DNA of 64,000 nucleotides, taken from a virus. Under the pieces are notes generated by a model. That model was not told the DNA's origin. It worked only from the letters and a program-made list of their open reading frames with translations, and did no database searches. Both the position numbers and the translations under genes were made by a program. Every line of letters begins with the position of its first letter. The stretch's first letter is position 1. Location of the stretch: IMG/VR virus record IMGVR_UViG_3300028772_000011, positions 1 to 64,000 of that record; one strand, 5' to 3'. Below are positions 29,668 through 39,181 of the stretch, piece by piece.

Positions 29668-30267
29668 ATGGAAGCAGAAGAAATTGAAAGAATATACGGA
29701 GAAAAAATATTCACTGAAGTCGAATTTAAGGATTGGAAATCGCCAGAGAATACCAGTTATGAAAATACAGTTGGAATTGTAAAAGCAGAGGCGTCTGACT
29801 CTTCACCAGCATTTAAATTTGGGTTTGTTGGTAAGACACCTGAATGGATTTTCAAAAATATTATTGATAATACGAACTCAGTACATAAAAAAATTAATGT
29901 TGGTACAGTACAATCAAATCACAAAGAAGACCACATTGATTGGCAAGATAAAAAAACTGGATTCAGCTATATGGATTTCAATGCTTCAACAAACACATTT
30001 ATAGTAGCACTTACCGTATGGTATGCATTTTATATTGAAACAGGTTATTCGTATAGAGAAATGCAAAAGTTTTTCGCTGAACAAATGAAATATCATTTTA
30101 ATATAGTACCAGATAATATTACAATGTTAAGTCATATTATGGATGAAAAGGTTAGGTCATATAAACCAGATAAAACTAAAGTACTCACAGAAATGGAGAA
30201 ATTAAGACAGGAACTAAATACAGTAACAGATAAACTAAATAAATTAAGTAATAAATATAATAAATAA
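29668..30267 (+). CDS. Hypothetical protein
   Basis: Operon-packed ORF with a C-terminal coiled coil. Confidence 0.55.
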   Translation: MEAEEIERIYGEKIFTEVEFKDWKSPENTSYENTVGIVKAEASDSSPAFKFGFVGKTPEWIFKNIIDNTNSVHKKINVGTVQSNHKEDHIDWQDKKTGFSYMDFNASTNTFIVALTVWYAFYIETGYSYREMQKFFAEQMKYHFNIVPDNITMLSHIMDEKVRSYKPDKTKVLTEMEKLRQELNTVTDKLNKLSNKYNK

Positions 30268-31535
30268 TGGATAATAAAGTAAAAGAAATCTCAGAAAAAA
30301 TAGAAGATGCGATTGGAAAGTTAAAAGATAAAAACTTTACGATCAATTTTTTTATTATTGACACAAAAGGAGTTCCAAATGGTAATACTCGATACATCTA
30401 CGAAACAGCAAAAAGTTTGATTGATAATGAATATAAATGTTTCATGCTATATCAACAAGAAAAAGAAACGGTTCAATTTACAGTCCTCGATGTAGTAGAA
30501 CCACCTCACAAGAGACAAAACGGTGATTGGGATGTTGTTATCAGAACAAAATTAAATGATGAATTTATTGACAAACAGAAAATAGGCAAAGAGATTGACA
30601 TTAAAAAACATAAAATCGGGTACGTTTGGGAAGAAGAAATTGAAGTACCTTTTATTGGTGTTCGCAGTTGGATGGGTGATGAATTTGCAGATATTGCTCA
30701 TGGAAGTATCGGTGGTGATACAATTAAAATTTCAACATCTGATTTTTTAATTATTCCAGAACTGTTTGCAAATGTAATGAGCCAGACAAGTAAACTACCT
30801 TGTAAACGAATTGTTTTGTGTCAAAATTTAAATTATATTACAGAATTTATTTCTCTTGGTAGTTCATGGATGAGCTATGGTATTAGTGATGTAATAACCA
30901 CAACTGAAACCCAAGCCGAAGAAATTAAGGGATTATTCCCATATATTAGCACAAAGGTTATTAATCCTTCCATACCAAGTTTTTTCAGGAATAATACTGA
31001 ACCTAAAAAAATTGTAATATCAACCGTAATTAAAGATGCTTCGTTATTAAAAAAATTAGTTAATCAATTTTATTGGAAATACCCACAATACAGTTGGGTT
31101 ACTTTCATGGATTTAAGAAGTCTAAGTAGAGAATCATTTGCTAATACACTTAGAGAATCTGCTATTACAGTTTGGGTAGATGATGAAACATATTTTGGCC
31201 ATGCGCCAGTAGAAGCAATTAAATCAGGTAGTATTGTTATTGGAAAAATACCAGATACAATACCAGAATGGATGTATTTGGATGATAAATCGGATATTTC
31301 AACAAATGGATTATGGTTTGATAATTTTAGGGATGTACATAAGCTTATTGCTCAAGCGATTAAACTTTGGCTTGATGATGAAATACCAGCAATTGTAACA
31401 GATGAAATGGTAAAAATGACAGATAAATATTCAGATGAAAGTAAGGAAGTTCAACTTTTAAACGCATTCAGAGAATATACTTTAGAACGAATTACAGAAT
31501 TAACTGAAATTAAAAATAAAATTGAAAATAAATAA
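30267..31535 (+). CDS. Glycosyltransferase, GT-B fold
   Basis: DFLIIPELF..RIVLCQN; VWVDDETYFGHAPVEAIKSGSIVIG matches the E-x7-E type signature. Confidence 0.7.
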   Translation: MDNKVKEISEKIEDAIGKLKDKNFTINFFIIDTKGVPNGNTRYIYETAKSLIDNEYKCFMLYQQEKETVQFTVLDVVEPPHKRQNGDWDVVIRTKLNDEFIDKQKIGKEIDIKKHKIGYVWEEEIEVPFIGVRSWMGDEFADIAHGSIGGDTIKISTSDFLIIPELFANVMSQTSKLPCKRIVLCQNLNYITEFISLGSSWMSYGISDVITTTETQAEEIKGLFPYISTKVINPSIPSFFRNNTEPKKIVISTVIKDASLLKKLVNQFYWKYPQYSWVTFMDLRSLSRESFANTLRESAITVWVDDETYFGHAPVEAIKSGSIVIGKIPDTIPEWMYLDDKSDISTNGLWFDNFRDVHKLIAQAIKLWLDDEIPAIVTDEMVKMTDKYSDESKEVQLLNAFREYTLERITELTEIKNKIENK

Positions 31536-31537
31536 AA

Positions 31538-32338
31538 ATGGAAGAACTTACGATTATAATCCCAATTCATGAATTTAACGAAACCATTGGGAACTATTTA
31601 GCAAGAGCAATTCAAAGTGTTGAAGCGCAAACAGAAAAACCAAGTAGTATCCTAATTGTCGGTCCAAAAGGGGTATTGGGTAATATTAAACAGTTGGACG
31701 ATAATTTGGTTAGTGTGAATTTAGTTGAGAATAAAGGAGAAACAGACTACTGTTCTCAAATAAATTTAGCTGTTAAATCCGTCGATACAAAGTATTTTTC
31801 AATTCTGGAATTTGATGATTATTATCAAAAAAATTGGATTAAGAATGTTAATATATATACAAAATATAAACCAGACTTTTCTATATTTTTACCAATTTCA
31901 AAATTTGTAGATGTTAAAGATAATGAAGTTTGTTTGTCGAACGAAATAATTTGGTCACTATCGTTTACAGACACACTTGGTGTTATAGAACCAGATATTT
32001 TACAGTCATATGGTGACTTTTCAGTACCAGGTGGTGTTTTACGAGTAGATGATTTCATTGAGGTAGGTGGGCTGAAACCATCAATCAAGTTATCTTTCTG
32101 GTATGAATTTTTATTAAGAGCATCAAACAATGGTGTTAAAATATTTGTAATTCCTAAGACTGGGTATGTACATACTATAGAACGTAAAAATTCTTTAATG
32201 AGTGAGTATATTGAAATGCCTGAAAAGGAAAAATTATTCTGGATTGAATTAGCAAAAAAAGAATATTACTTTGTTAATGAACGAGTAGACAAAGCAAAAT
32301 ATATCGAAAAGAAAAAACTAACTGAAATAATTAAATAA
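31538..32338 (+). CDS. Glycosyltransferase family 2-like
   Basis: LTIIIPIH..AIQSV..QINLAV..YFSILEFDD..VGGLK..EFLLR. Confidence 0.8.
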   Translation: MEELTIIIPIHEFNETIGNYLARAIQSVEAQTEKPSSILIVGPKGVLGNIKQLDDNLVSVNLVENKGETDYCSQINLAVKSVDTKYFSILEFDDYYQKNWIKNVNIYTKYKPDFSIFLPISKFVDVKDNEVCLSNEIIWSLSFTDTLGVIEPDILQSYGDFSVPGGVLRVDDFIEVGGLKPSIKLSFWYEFLLRASNNGVKIFVIPKTGYVHTIERKNSLMSEYIEMPEKEKLFWIELAKKEYYFVNERVDKAKYIEKKKLTEIIK

Positions 32339-32339
32339 T

Positions 32340-32765
32340 ATGAGTGAAATAGGTAAAATGTCACCAGAAGCTATTCGATCATTTAATAAAAAAGATATTA
32401 ATAAATGCATTAAAAATTGGGCACAACTCGGATTTAACAATGGTCTATCTGAACCACAATTAACAAATGTGTCTATTGCATTCGAAACAATGGACAGTAT
32501 TTTATTAAATTCATTTACTAATCAATACCAAACCGAAATTGGGTTACTTGTATTTCCAATAGCAAGACGCATTTTTCAAAAAGTAGACCATGAAATTACG
32601 ATTGGTGTTATAGTTGATAATTCAATTACTCTAATAGATGAACTCTCAAAATCTTACGTAGAAAGCATAACAGAAGATTTTATTGCTCAAAGTAAAAAAT
32701 TCAATATCGACTATGAAGCGGAGTTTTGTGCTGTGTTTTCGGAAAAATATAAATTAAACCTTTAA
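32340..32765 (+). CDS. Small paralogue of the major capsid protein N-terminus
   Basis: WAQLGFNNGL..VSIAFE..VFPIARRIFQK aligns with MCP WDALGFTEGL..ISTLFE..VFPMIRRVFSK. Confidence 0.7.
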   Translation: MSEIGKMSPEAIRSFNKKDINKCIKNWAQLGFNNGLSEPQLTNVSIAFETMDSILLNSFTNQYQTEIGLLVFPIARRIFQKVDHEITIGVIVDNSITLIDELSKSYVESITEDFIAQSKKFNIDYEAEFCAVFSEKYKLNL

Positions 32766-32930
32766 ATTATAAATGTCAAGTATTCGACACTGTTTACTTG
32801 ACATTTTATTTCTTATCAAACTAATAAAGCATCGGCATAAGATGTTCAAAGAACATAGCCAAATAAAGCGTAATAACCTTACGGAAATAGATGTTGCAAA
32901 AAAAATAATATTTTTTACAACAAGTATAAA

Positions 32931-33665
32931 ATGGCTAAACGAGGAAGACCCCCGAAACCGAAAGAAGAACGCACTGGATTCTACTTCTATACCGATGAAG
33001 AAAATGCTGTAGTAGCATATATAAAATCAAAGTCCAGAAAAGAAAAGAATGATATATTTAAAACAATATTAGAAGTTCCATTTACTAAAATGATTGAATC
33101 TATTATTAGGAGATACTTCAAAGATAATATAACTCAAGAAGATTTTCAAGTATATTTTAATGATACTATGGGTCATGTAATTGAAAAGATGGTATTATAT
33201 GATAAAAATAGATGTAAAAAAGCATATTCATATATTGGAACAATTGTTAGAAATTACGTATTAAGTAGATTAATTGACAATAGAAAGGCATTATTAAGAG
33301 ATGCTCAATTTGATGATTTATCAGATGAATTAAATGAGGATATTAATTATTCTTATAATATTAGTGATCACCATAATTCAGATATGACTGAAATTATAGA
33401 TTTAACAACTTCAAAGATAAATGAATTATTGATGGATGGTAAACAAAAATTAATTTATAATGAGATGTTAGTTGGCAAGGCGTTAGTCGAATTAATGTCA
33501 AACTGGGATGAGGTATTTACAGACTTAGGTTCAAATAAATTTAATAAAAGTTCCATTTTATTTTATTTAAAGGAAACGACTAATTTATCAACTAAAGAAG
33601 TTAGGAGTTCAATGAGAAAGTTTAAGACGATATATAATAAAACTAAAGAAATTGTTTATGCTTAA
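32931..33665 (+). CDS. Phage sigma factor (gp55-like late sigma) with N-terminal AT-hook-like motif
   Basis: FTKMIESIIRRY...KAYSYIGTIVRNY resembles sigma region 2 of gp55-like proteins; starts with KRGRPPK. Confidence 0.6.
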   Translation: MAKRGRPPKPKEERTGFYFYTDEENAVVAYIKSKSRKEKNDIFKTILEVPFTKMIESIIRRYFKDNITQEDFQVYFNDTMGHVIEKMVLYDKNRCKKAYSYIGTIVRNYVLSRLIDNRKALLRDAQFDDLSDELNEDINYSYNISDHHNSDMTEIIDLTTSKINELLMDGKQKLIYNEMLVGKALVELMSNWDEVFTDLGSNKFNKSSILFYLKETTNLSTKEVRSSMRKFKTIYNKTKEIVYA

Positions 33666-33702
33666 AAAAATATAAATATTATATTTATTATAAAAAAACA
33701 TT

Positions 33703-34131
33703 ATGGGGACCTTTAAATTAAAACTAAATTCCGTTGAAAAGACGGAATCGTTATTACAAGAAATATATGACGATTCTCTCAGGCAACAGAATCTACTTCA
33801 AACATTAATAAATGAACTTCGAGAATCTACAACTTTAATTGATGAACCACTTGATTCAAAAACTAAATTTGCAAAAGCTTTAAATGACTTCTCTGTAACA
33901 AAAGATAAAGCTATAGGTAGAAAATTGGATGTAGCAAAGGTTATGGCTGAGATATTAAAATATAGTGGTAACATTGAAAAAGTGCTTGTAGAAGCTGAAA
34001 TATTTAATAAATTGGACTTAGGTGACGAATTTAAGAAAGTTCGAGAGCAGGTAATTGAACCAATCTCCAATAATGAAAAACCAAAAGCAGAGGAATATAT
34101 TACGAATTCACAAAAACCAAGATTTCAATAA
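33703..34131 (+). CDS. Hypothetical protein (late)
   Basis: TATTTATT at 33682; helical sequence. Confidence 0.6.
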   Translation: MGTFKLKLNSVEKTESLLQEIYDDSLRQQNLLQTLINELRESTTLIDEPLDSKTKFAKALNDFSVTKDKAIGRKLDVAKVMAEILKYSGNIEKVLVEAEIFNKLDLGDEFKKVREQVIEPISNNEKPKAEEYITNSQKPRFQ

Positions 34132-34133
34132 TA

Positions 34134-35579
34134 ATGGTATCAATTTCTAAACAGAAAAATAGTATATTTGGTGGTATTGCAGCATTAAAAACGATATCGG
34201 AACAATCACTAATTAAGTTAAATGGTAAAAAAAATTCTACCATCGGGGAAGCAAATAATATTATGTCTTCTCTTTTAGAAATTTTTAATCAACTTGGTGG
34301 ATATAATGACTTAATACAAACAATTGAGAATATTTTAATTAAAAGACTTAGTGATATTGAAAACACAATTAAGGGGTCTATTAAAACTTCTATTAAACAA
34401 ATAATATCTTGTGGTATAGAACCCACAATCACACCAGAATTAGTTTCCACTGGTGTAACATTCAACTTAAAAAATATAGATCCACTTTCATTATTAACTA
34501 TAAATCCAAAATCTGATAATGGTGAATTAGTTTATTTTGATAATGATCAAGGTCTTAATTCAAGAGATTTTAATGTATTTTTATATTCTATTATTTCGGA
34601 TGGAATCAATAATCAATACAGTACTGGTCATACATGGTACTCATCTAATGCATTGGACAAACAACCACTGATAACAGTGTCATTTCAAGAGTTTGATCAA
34701 ACAAACCATAGTTTAAATAATCTAACAATAAAAATAGATAGTTTTTACCAGGGTAAGAAACTAAGTGCGTTTATAAGTGACTATTTAGATAGTATTAACT
34801 TATTTAATAATACTCAGCTACTGTCATCGATATTTGATGATATTATGGGTACAAAAATATTTTCTATTAATAAAACATCAGAGCAAATTGCCGCTGAAAA
34901 AATAATTGAGAATTTGTGTAATAATATATTAAATAATGTTGATGAATCAGATGTTATAGACGATAGTTTTTATATATTTTCAAATGATACATATAATAGC
35001 ATATTAGAAGAGGCCGAAAATAAAAAAAATGGTGTATTCACATATAACGGGGACACAAATTTAGTATTATCTGTTGACCAAACATCTTTAATGAACTCAC
35101 TATTAAATTTAAAAAATACAGATTCAAATAAGATAACCGACCAAACAAACATAATAAAAGAGGCTATTGATAATTTAACTACTGATATTCTAAAAAACTC
35201 AACTATTGCCGAGAAAGATAAGTTCTCATTAAAACTAAATTTAATTCAAAATATTATCAAAAAATTAATGTCAACTATAACAATGTTTATATTTTCACCT
35301 AAAATTATTTATTTATTTATAATGACAAGTAAGTTATTAGGTGTAGAAGATACGGGTGATATAGTACAATTTGTTAAAAAAAATATTAACGTATATAAAT
35401 TAATAATAATTGCAATTAGAGATATTATAGTCTCAGAAATAACAAAGGAAATTGAAAAACTATTAGCACCATTAATATCACAAGTTGTGGTTATACTTAC
35501 AAAAGAAAAATTTTCTATATATAAAACGCAAATTGATGGGATACTCGCGCTGGCGACATCGATTACATCTTTAATTTAA
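34134..35579 (+). CDS. Hypothetical putative structural protein
   Basis: 481 aa ORF in the baseplate-region operon. Confidence 0.55.
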   Translation: MVSISKQKNSIFGGIAALKTISEQSLIKLNGKKNSTIGEANNIMSSLLEIFNQLGGYNDLIQTIENILIKRLSDIENTIKGSIKTSIKQIISCGIEPTITPELVSTGVTFNLKNIDPLSLLTINPKSDNGELVYFDNDQGLNSRDFNVFLYSIISDGINNQYSTGHTWYSSNALDKQPLITVSFQEFDQTNHSLNNLTIKIDSFYQGKKLSAFISDYLDSINLFNNTQLLSSIFDDIMGTKIFSINKTSEQIAAEKIIENLCNNILNNVDESDVIDDSFYIFSNDTYNSILEEAENKKNGVFTYNGDTNLVLSVDQTSLMNSLLNLKNTDSNKITDQTNIIKEAIDNLTTDILKNSTIAEKDKFSLKLNLIQNIIKKLMSTITMFIFSPKIIYLFIMTSKLLGVEDTGDIVQFVKKNINVYKLIIIAIRDIIVSEITKEIEKLLAPLISQVVVILTKEKFSIYKTQIDGILALATSITSLI

Positions 35580-35587
35580 TAAAAACA

Positions 35588-35980
35588 ATGGCAAATATAA
35601 GTAATATTTTTAGTTTGATAACCAATATGTTAAATGCATATAGGACACCACCACCAGAAATACCATCGTTATTATTATTAACAGGTGCAAAACTTAGACC
35701 TGGACTATCCCCAACACTTATAGCCGCAAAAATAATAAGTAGACAACACGAAGCGGGAGCTCCTACAGGAGTATTACCATCTGGTGGAAAGAATATTATG
35801 GAAGCAATGGAAGTTATCCGTATTCAAGAAATAATAAGCGCTCTCCAAGTAGATGCAAGGATTGATGTAGCTATCAATATGGGAATACCTGTTCAAGCCA
35901 ATGGAGCTAATGGTGGAGGACCAGTGGTAGTAGCTGGTATGACAATAGGTATTGGTTCGGGAACTGGTATAATAAGATAA
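35588..35980 (+). CDS. Hypothetical putative baseplate/tip protein
   Basis: Gly-rich beta C-terminus; baseplate context. Confidence 0.5.
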   Translation: MANISNIFSLITNMLNAYRTPPPEIPSLLLLTGAKLRPGLSPTLIAAKIISRQHEAGAPTGVLPSGGKNIMEAMEVIRIQEIISALQVDARIDVAINMGIPVQANGANGGGPVVVAGMTIGIGSGTGIIR

Positions 35981-35999
35981 ATAAATAAATAAAAATATT

Positions 36000-36473
36000 A
36001 TGGAAAATAAAAAAAAATTAGAAATGGATTTATTAAATGCAACAGTTTATTTAAAAAGTTCAGAAGATTTAGTTGGAATTCACACTCAGCCACTTATTTA
36101 CGAACCAATTAGAAATAATAGATTTGTAGTTAAATTTCCAAGTGAAATTGGAATTCAAAGCTGGACAGTAGATTCTATTTCTACACCCAATATTATTAAC
36201 GGAAAATGGAATAATACAAATGTAAACATAATGAATTTAATAAGTGAAAATACACCAATACGCGTACTTGATAATTTATTAAAAAAGAAAAATTTTGATG
36301 TAACATTTGAATTTCTCGATCCGACAGGCGTTTCAATTCAAAAATGGATAATAAATATTAAAAAAGTTATATCAATTGATTTTGGAGGACTAATTGAGTA
36401 TGGAAATGATAAAATAAACATTATTAGTATTGTAATGGAAACCAAAAAGTGTAATTTATCCTTTGGTGTATGA
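36000..36473 (+). CDS. Tail tube protein-like (gp19 fold) paralogue
   Basis: YEPIRNNRF...W...LDPTGVSIQKW...DFG..EY...CNLSF matches T4-like tube proteins. Confidence 0.6.
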   Translation: MENKKKLEMDLLNATVYLKSSEDLVGIHTQPLIYEPIRNNRFVVKFPSEIGIQSWTVDSISTPNIINGKWNNTNVNIMNLISENTPIRVLDNLLKKKNFDVTFEFLDPTGVSIQKWIINIKKVISIDFGGLIEYGNDKINIISIVMETKKCNLSFGV

Positions 36474-36661
36474 AAATAGATTGGGAAGAATACTCTAATT
36501 CTGAAATAGAGACAAAATTAAAAACAATGAGTTTTGATTATGAAAAATTAACAAATGAAATAAATGAAAAGGGTTATTTATTAAGCGAGTTGAATAAAAG
36601 TTATAGAAAAGGTAAGAATATACTTGAAAAAAGATTAAACCCTGGAAAAAAAATTAATTAA
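36470..36661 (+). CDS. Small coiled-coil hypothetical protein
   Basis: ATGA overlap with the previous gene. Confidence 0.55.
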   Translation: MKIDWEEYSNSEIETKLKTMSFDYEKLTNEINEKGYLLSELNKSYRKGKNILEKRLNPGKKIN

Positions 36662-36663
36662 TT

Positions 36664-37482
36664 ATGGATTATGCATTTAAATTTGGTATAGTTGTATCCG
36701 TCACTGATATTGAAGATGGTGATAGGATACGTGTATACATTAAAGGGGAAGATCCAGCAAACTATAATATTAAAGATATACCATACGCTTTTCCTATGAT
36801 GCCTAAGCATTTATTCATTAAGCCACAGATAGGTGAAATGGTATTGGTGTTTAGACAAGGGGATCGTTCTTCAGATGATAGATTTTATATAGGCCCAATA
36901 ATATCCCAACCAGATAAATTAGGACGAGATACCGTAGCACCAGATGCTTTTTTAAGAAGTGGAATTATCGCTCCAAGTATCGCTCCATCAACTATACCAG
37001 AGAATAGGGGATTACAACCAGATAGTTCTGATATAGCAATATTCGGTAGGGGAAGTACCGATATAATACATAAAAAAGATGAAATACAAATACGAGCTGG
37101 TAAATCAGTAGACTTAAAAAAATTTAATAGAAATAATTTAACATATATACAAGTAAAAAATGACCCATCAAATGGAAAAGGCCAAATCAATATAGTTTCT
37201 GATAACATTAATTTTTTAAGTCATAGCAGTGCAACAAAATTTAATTTATGTGATCCAGAAAAACTTGTAACAGACGAAGAGTTTCAGAAAATATTAAATG
37301 AAGCTCAACAAATACCATTAGGTAATAAACTAATAGAATTTTTATTATTACAACAAAAAGCATTTGCATCACACGTACACGCATATCCAGGGTTACCACC
37401 AGATGCAACACAGGCTGAGGTAAAAAATTATTTAGACTTCGATTTAACGAAATTATTATCACAAAATTTTAGATGTAATTAA
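36664..37482 (+). CDS. Baseplate central spike (gp5/gpV-like)
   Basis: N-terminal OB fold GIVVSVTD..DRIRV..PQIGEMVLVF..FYIG; C-terminal HVH metal-binding motif. Confidence 0.75.
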   Translation: MDYAFKFGIVVSVTDIEDGDRIRVYIKGEDPANYNIKDIPYAFPMMPKHLFIKPQIGEMVLVFRQGDRSSDDRFYIGPIISQPDKLGRDTVAPDAFLRSGIIAPSIAPSTIPENRGLQPDSSDIAIFGRGSTDIIHKKDEIQIRAGKSVDLKKFNRNNLTYIQVKNDPSNGKGQINIVSDNINFLSHSSATKFNLCDPEKLVTDEEFQKILNEAQQIPLGNKLIEFLLLQQKAFASHVHAYPGLPPDATQAEVKNYLDFDLTKLLSQNFRCN

Positions 37483-37496
37483 ATATCGAAATAAAC

Positions 37497-37523
37497 AAAA
37501 GTCAATCTAAACCATTGACTTTT
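37497..37523 (+). terminator. Intrinsic terminator
   Basis: AAAAGTCAAT-N7-ATTGACTTTT followed by a T tract. Confidence 0.65.
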
Positions 37524-37535
37524 TATTTTTTAAAC

Positions 37536-37543
37536 TATTTATA
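37536..37543 (+). promoter_or_regulatory. Putative late promoter TATTTATA
   Basis: TATTTATAGTAAAATAA 15 nt before the ATG at 37559. Confidence 0.6.
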
Positions 37544-37558
37544 GTAAAATAAATCCAA

Positions 37559-38923
37559 ATGAATATAAAAACGTATTTAGATAAAACGAATACAATTGTC
37601 TATAACTCACTTGTAAACACTGGTCAAAACCCAGTATGTGAATTATATTATGGGGATGGATTCACTCGTGTATTACTACATTTTGATACCAGTAAAATTA
37701 GCGCATTAATAGACGATAAAACATTTGCTGATACAACCAAATTAAAACACATATTAAAATTAAAAAATTGTTGGGGTTTACAAACAATTGACAGTAGAAG
37801 CGTATTTAATTCTGGTAAAGACACAGTTAAAGAAAGAACATCATCTTTTGATTTATATTTAATTAGAATACCAGAGTTATGGGATGCAGGTGTTGGTAAT
37901 GAGTTTACCAAAGATGGATTTATTACAAAACAACCAAGTCTTTCGTATAATGCATCTAACTGGTTTAATTCTGGAACAGAGAAACCGTGGTATAATGGAA
38001 ATGGTGTATTATCTGAAATATCATCAACTGATATAATAGCAATTCAGCATTTTGATATTGGTAATGAGGACATAGAAATTGATTTAACAGATGAAATAAA
38101 TAATATTTTATCTGGAAACACAGATAATAATGGGTTTATGTTAAAATTTGTTGATCAACTCGAACAAACTACAATGAACAAAGCACAATACGTTGGGTTT
38201 TTTACACAAAATAGTAACACATTTTTCAAACCTTTTATTGAATCGACTTATGATGATGTTATTTCAGATGATAGAAATGACTTTTATCTGGATAAGGATA
38301 ATAAATTATATTTCTATTCTATCATAGGGGGTCATTTAACGAACTTAGACCAATTACCGACCTGTTCTATCAGCGAAGAAGAGAAAGTTGTTTATCAAGC
38401 CTCAAAAGGGGTTTATTACATTGAATTAAACTTATCATCACAAGCAGTCCAAGAAAATGAGATGATATATGATATTTGGTCAAATATAATATTCAATCAT
38501 ATTACGTTTAATGATGTTGAACTTGACTTTGTAACTAAAACCAGTTCTAATTATTTTGATTTTGGAAATTCAAAAATAGAAACAAAAAAATATACGACTA
38601 ATATATTCGGTATTAATAATGATCAAAAAGTTGATAGGGGTCAAAGAATTAAGATAGGGGTACAGGCTAGAGAAGAATTTACGATCAACAAATCGATAAA
38701 TTCAAATAATATGGAAATTAGAATATACGTAAAAGAAGTTGATAAACAATTTGATGTAATCTCATGGGATAAAATCGAAAAAGGCTCAACTGAAAATTAT
38801 TATATGTTAGATACAGATAGTTTACTACCAAACAAATATTATATAGATATTAAAATGAATGTGAATAACGAAATAAAAATACACAAGGAATTACTTGTTT
38901 TTAATATAGTTAATCAAATTTAA
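37559..38923 (+). CDS. Virion structural protein (beta-sandwich domains)
   Basis: NTGQNPVCEL..RVLLHFD..WDAGVG..SNW..NNGFML..KPFIE pattern; late motif upstream. Confidence 0.55.
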   Translation: MNIKTYLDKTNTIVYNSLVNTGQNPVCELYYGDGFTRVLLHFDTSKISALIDDKTFADTTKLKHILKLKNCWGLQTIDSRSVFNSGKDTVKERTSSFDLYLIRIPELWDAGVGNEFTKDGFITKQPSLSYNASNWFNSGTEKPWYNGNGVLSEISSTDIIAIQHFDIGNEDIEIDLTDEINNILSGNTDNNGFMLKFVDQLEQTTMNKAQYVGFFTQNSNTFFKPFIESTYDDVISDDRNDFYLDKDNKLYFYSIIGGHLTNLDQLPTCSISEEEKVVYQASKGVYYIELNLSSQAVQENEMIYDIWSNIIFNHITFNDVELDFVTKTSSNYFDFGNSKIETKKYTTNIFGINNDQKVDRGQRIKIGVQAREEFTINKSINSNNMEIRIYVKEVDKQFDVISWDKIEKGSTENYYMLDTDSLLPNKYYIDIKMNVNNEIKIHKELLVFNIVNQI

Positions 38924-39103
38924 AAATAAATATATAAGTCACTTGTTTATTAAATAAATTAATATAATTATAATAAAATACTTTAAAATAAAAACGACTT
39001 ATTGTGAAATATTTAATACTTATATTAAAATAATAGCACGAGTTGCTGGAAAACATTAAATATGGAGCTTAAACGAGCGAATAAATATTACAAAGATTGA
39101 TTG

Positions 39104-39136
39104 AATGGGTGTACATCTAAATGTACGCCCATTTTT
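39104..39136 (+). terminator. Intrinsic terminator
   Basis: AATGGGTGTACAT-CTAA-ATGTACGCCCATT followed by a T tract. Confidence 0.75.
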
Positions 39137-39181
39137 GTTTTATATAAGTAGCTAATAAATAACAAATTAAATAAAAACAGT

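Noticed and set aside
32773-33012. 79-aa ORF overlapping the sigma gene start
   Set aside because: 82-nt out-of-frame overlap and no recognisable motif; probably spurious.
38941-38975. Sixth early promoter (ACTTGTTT at 38941)
   Set aside because: No TAnnTTTG element at the 20-nt spacing.
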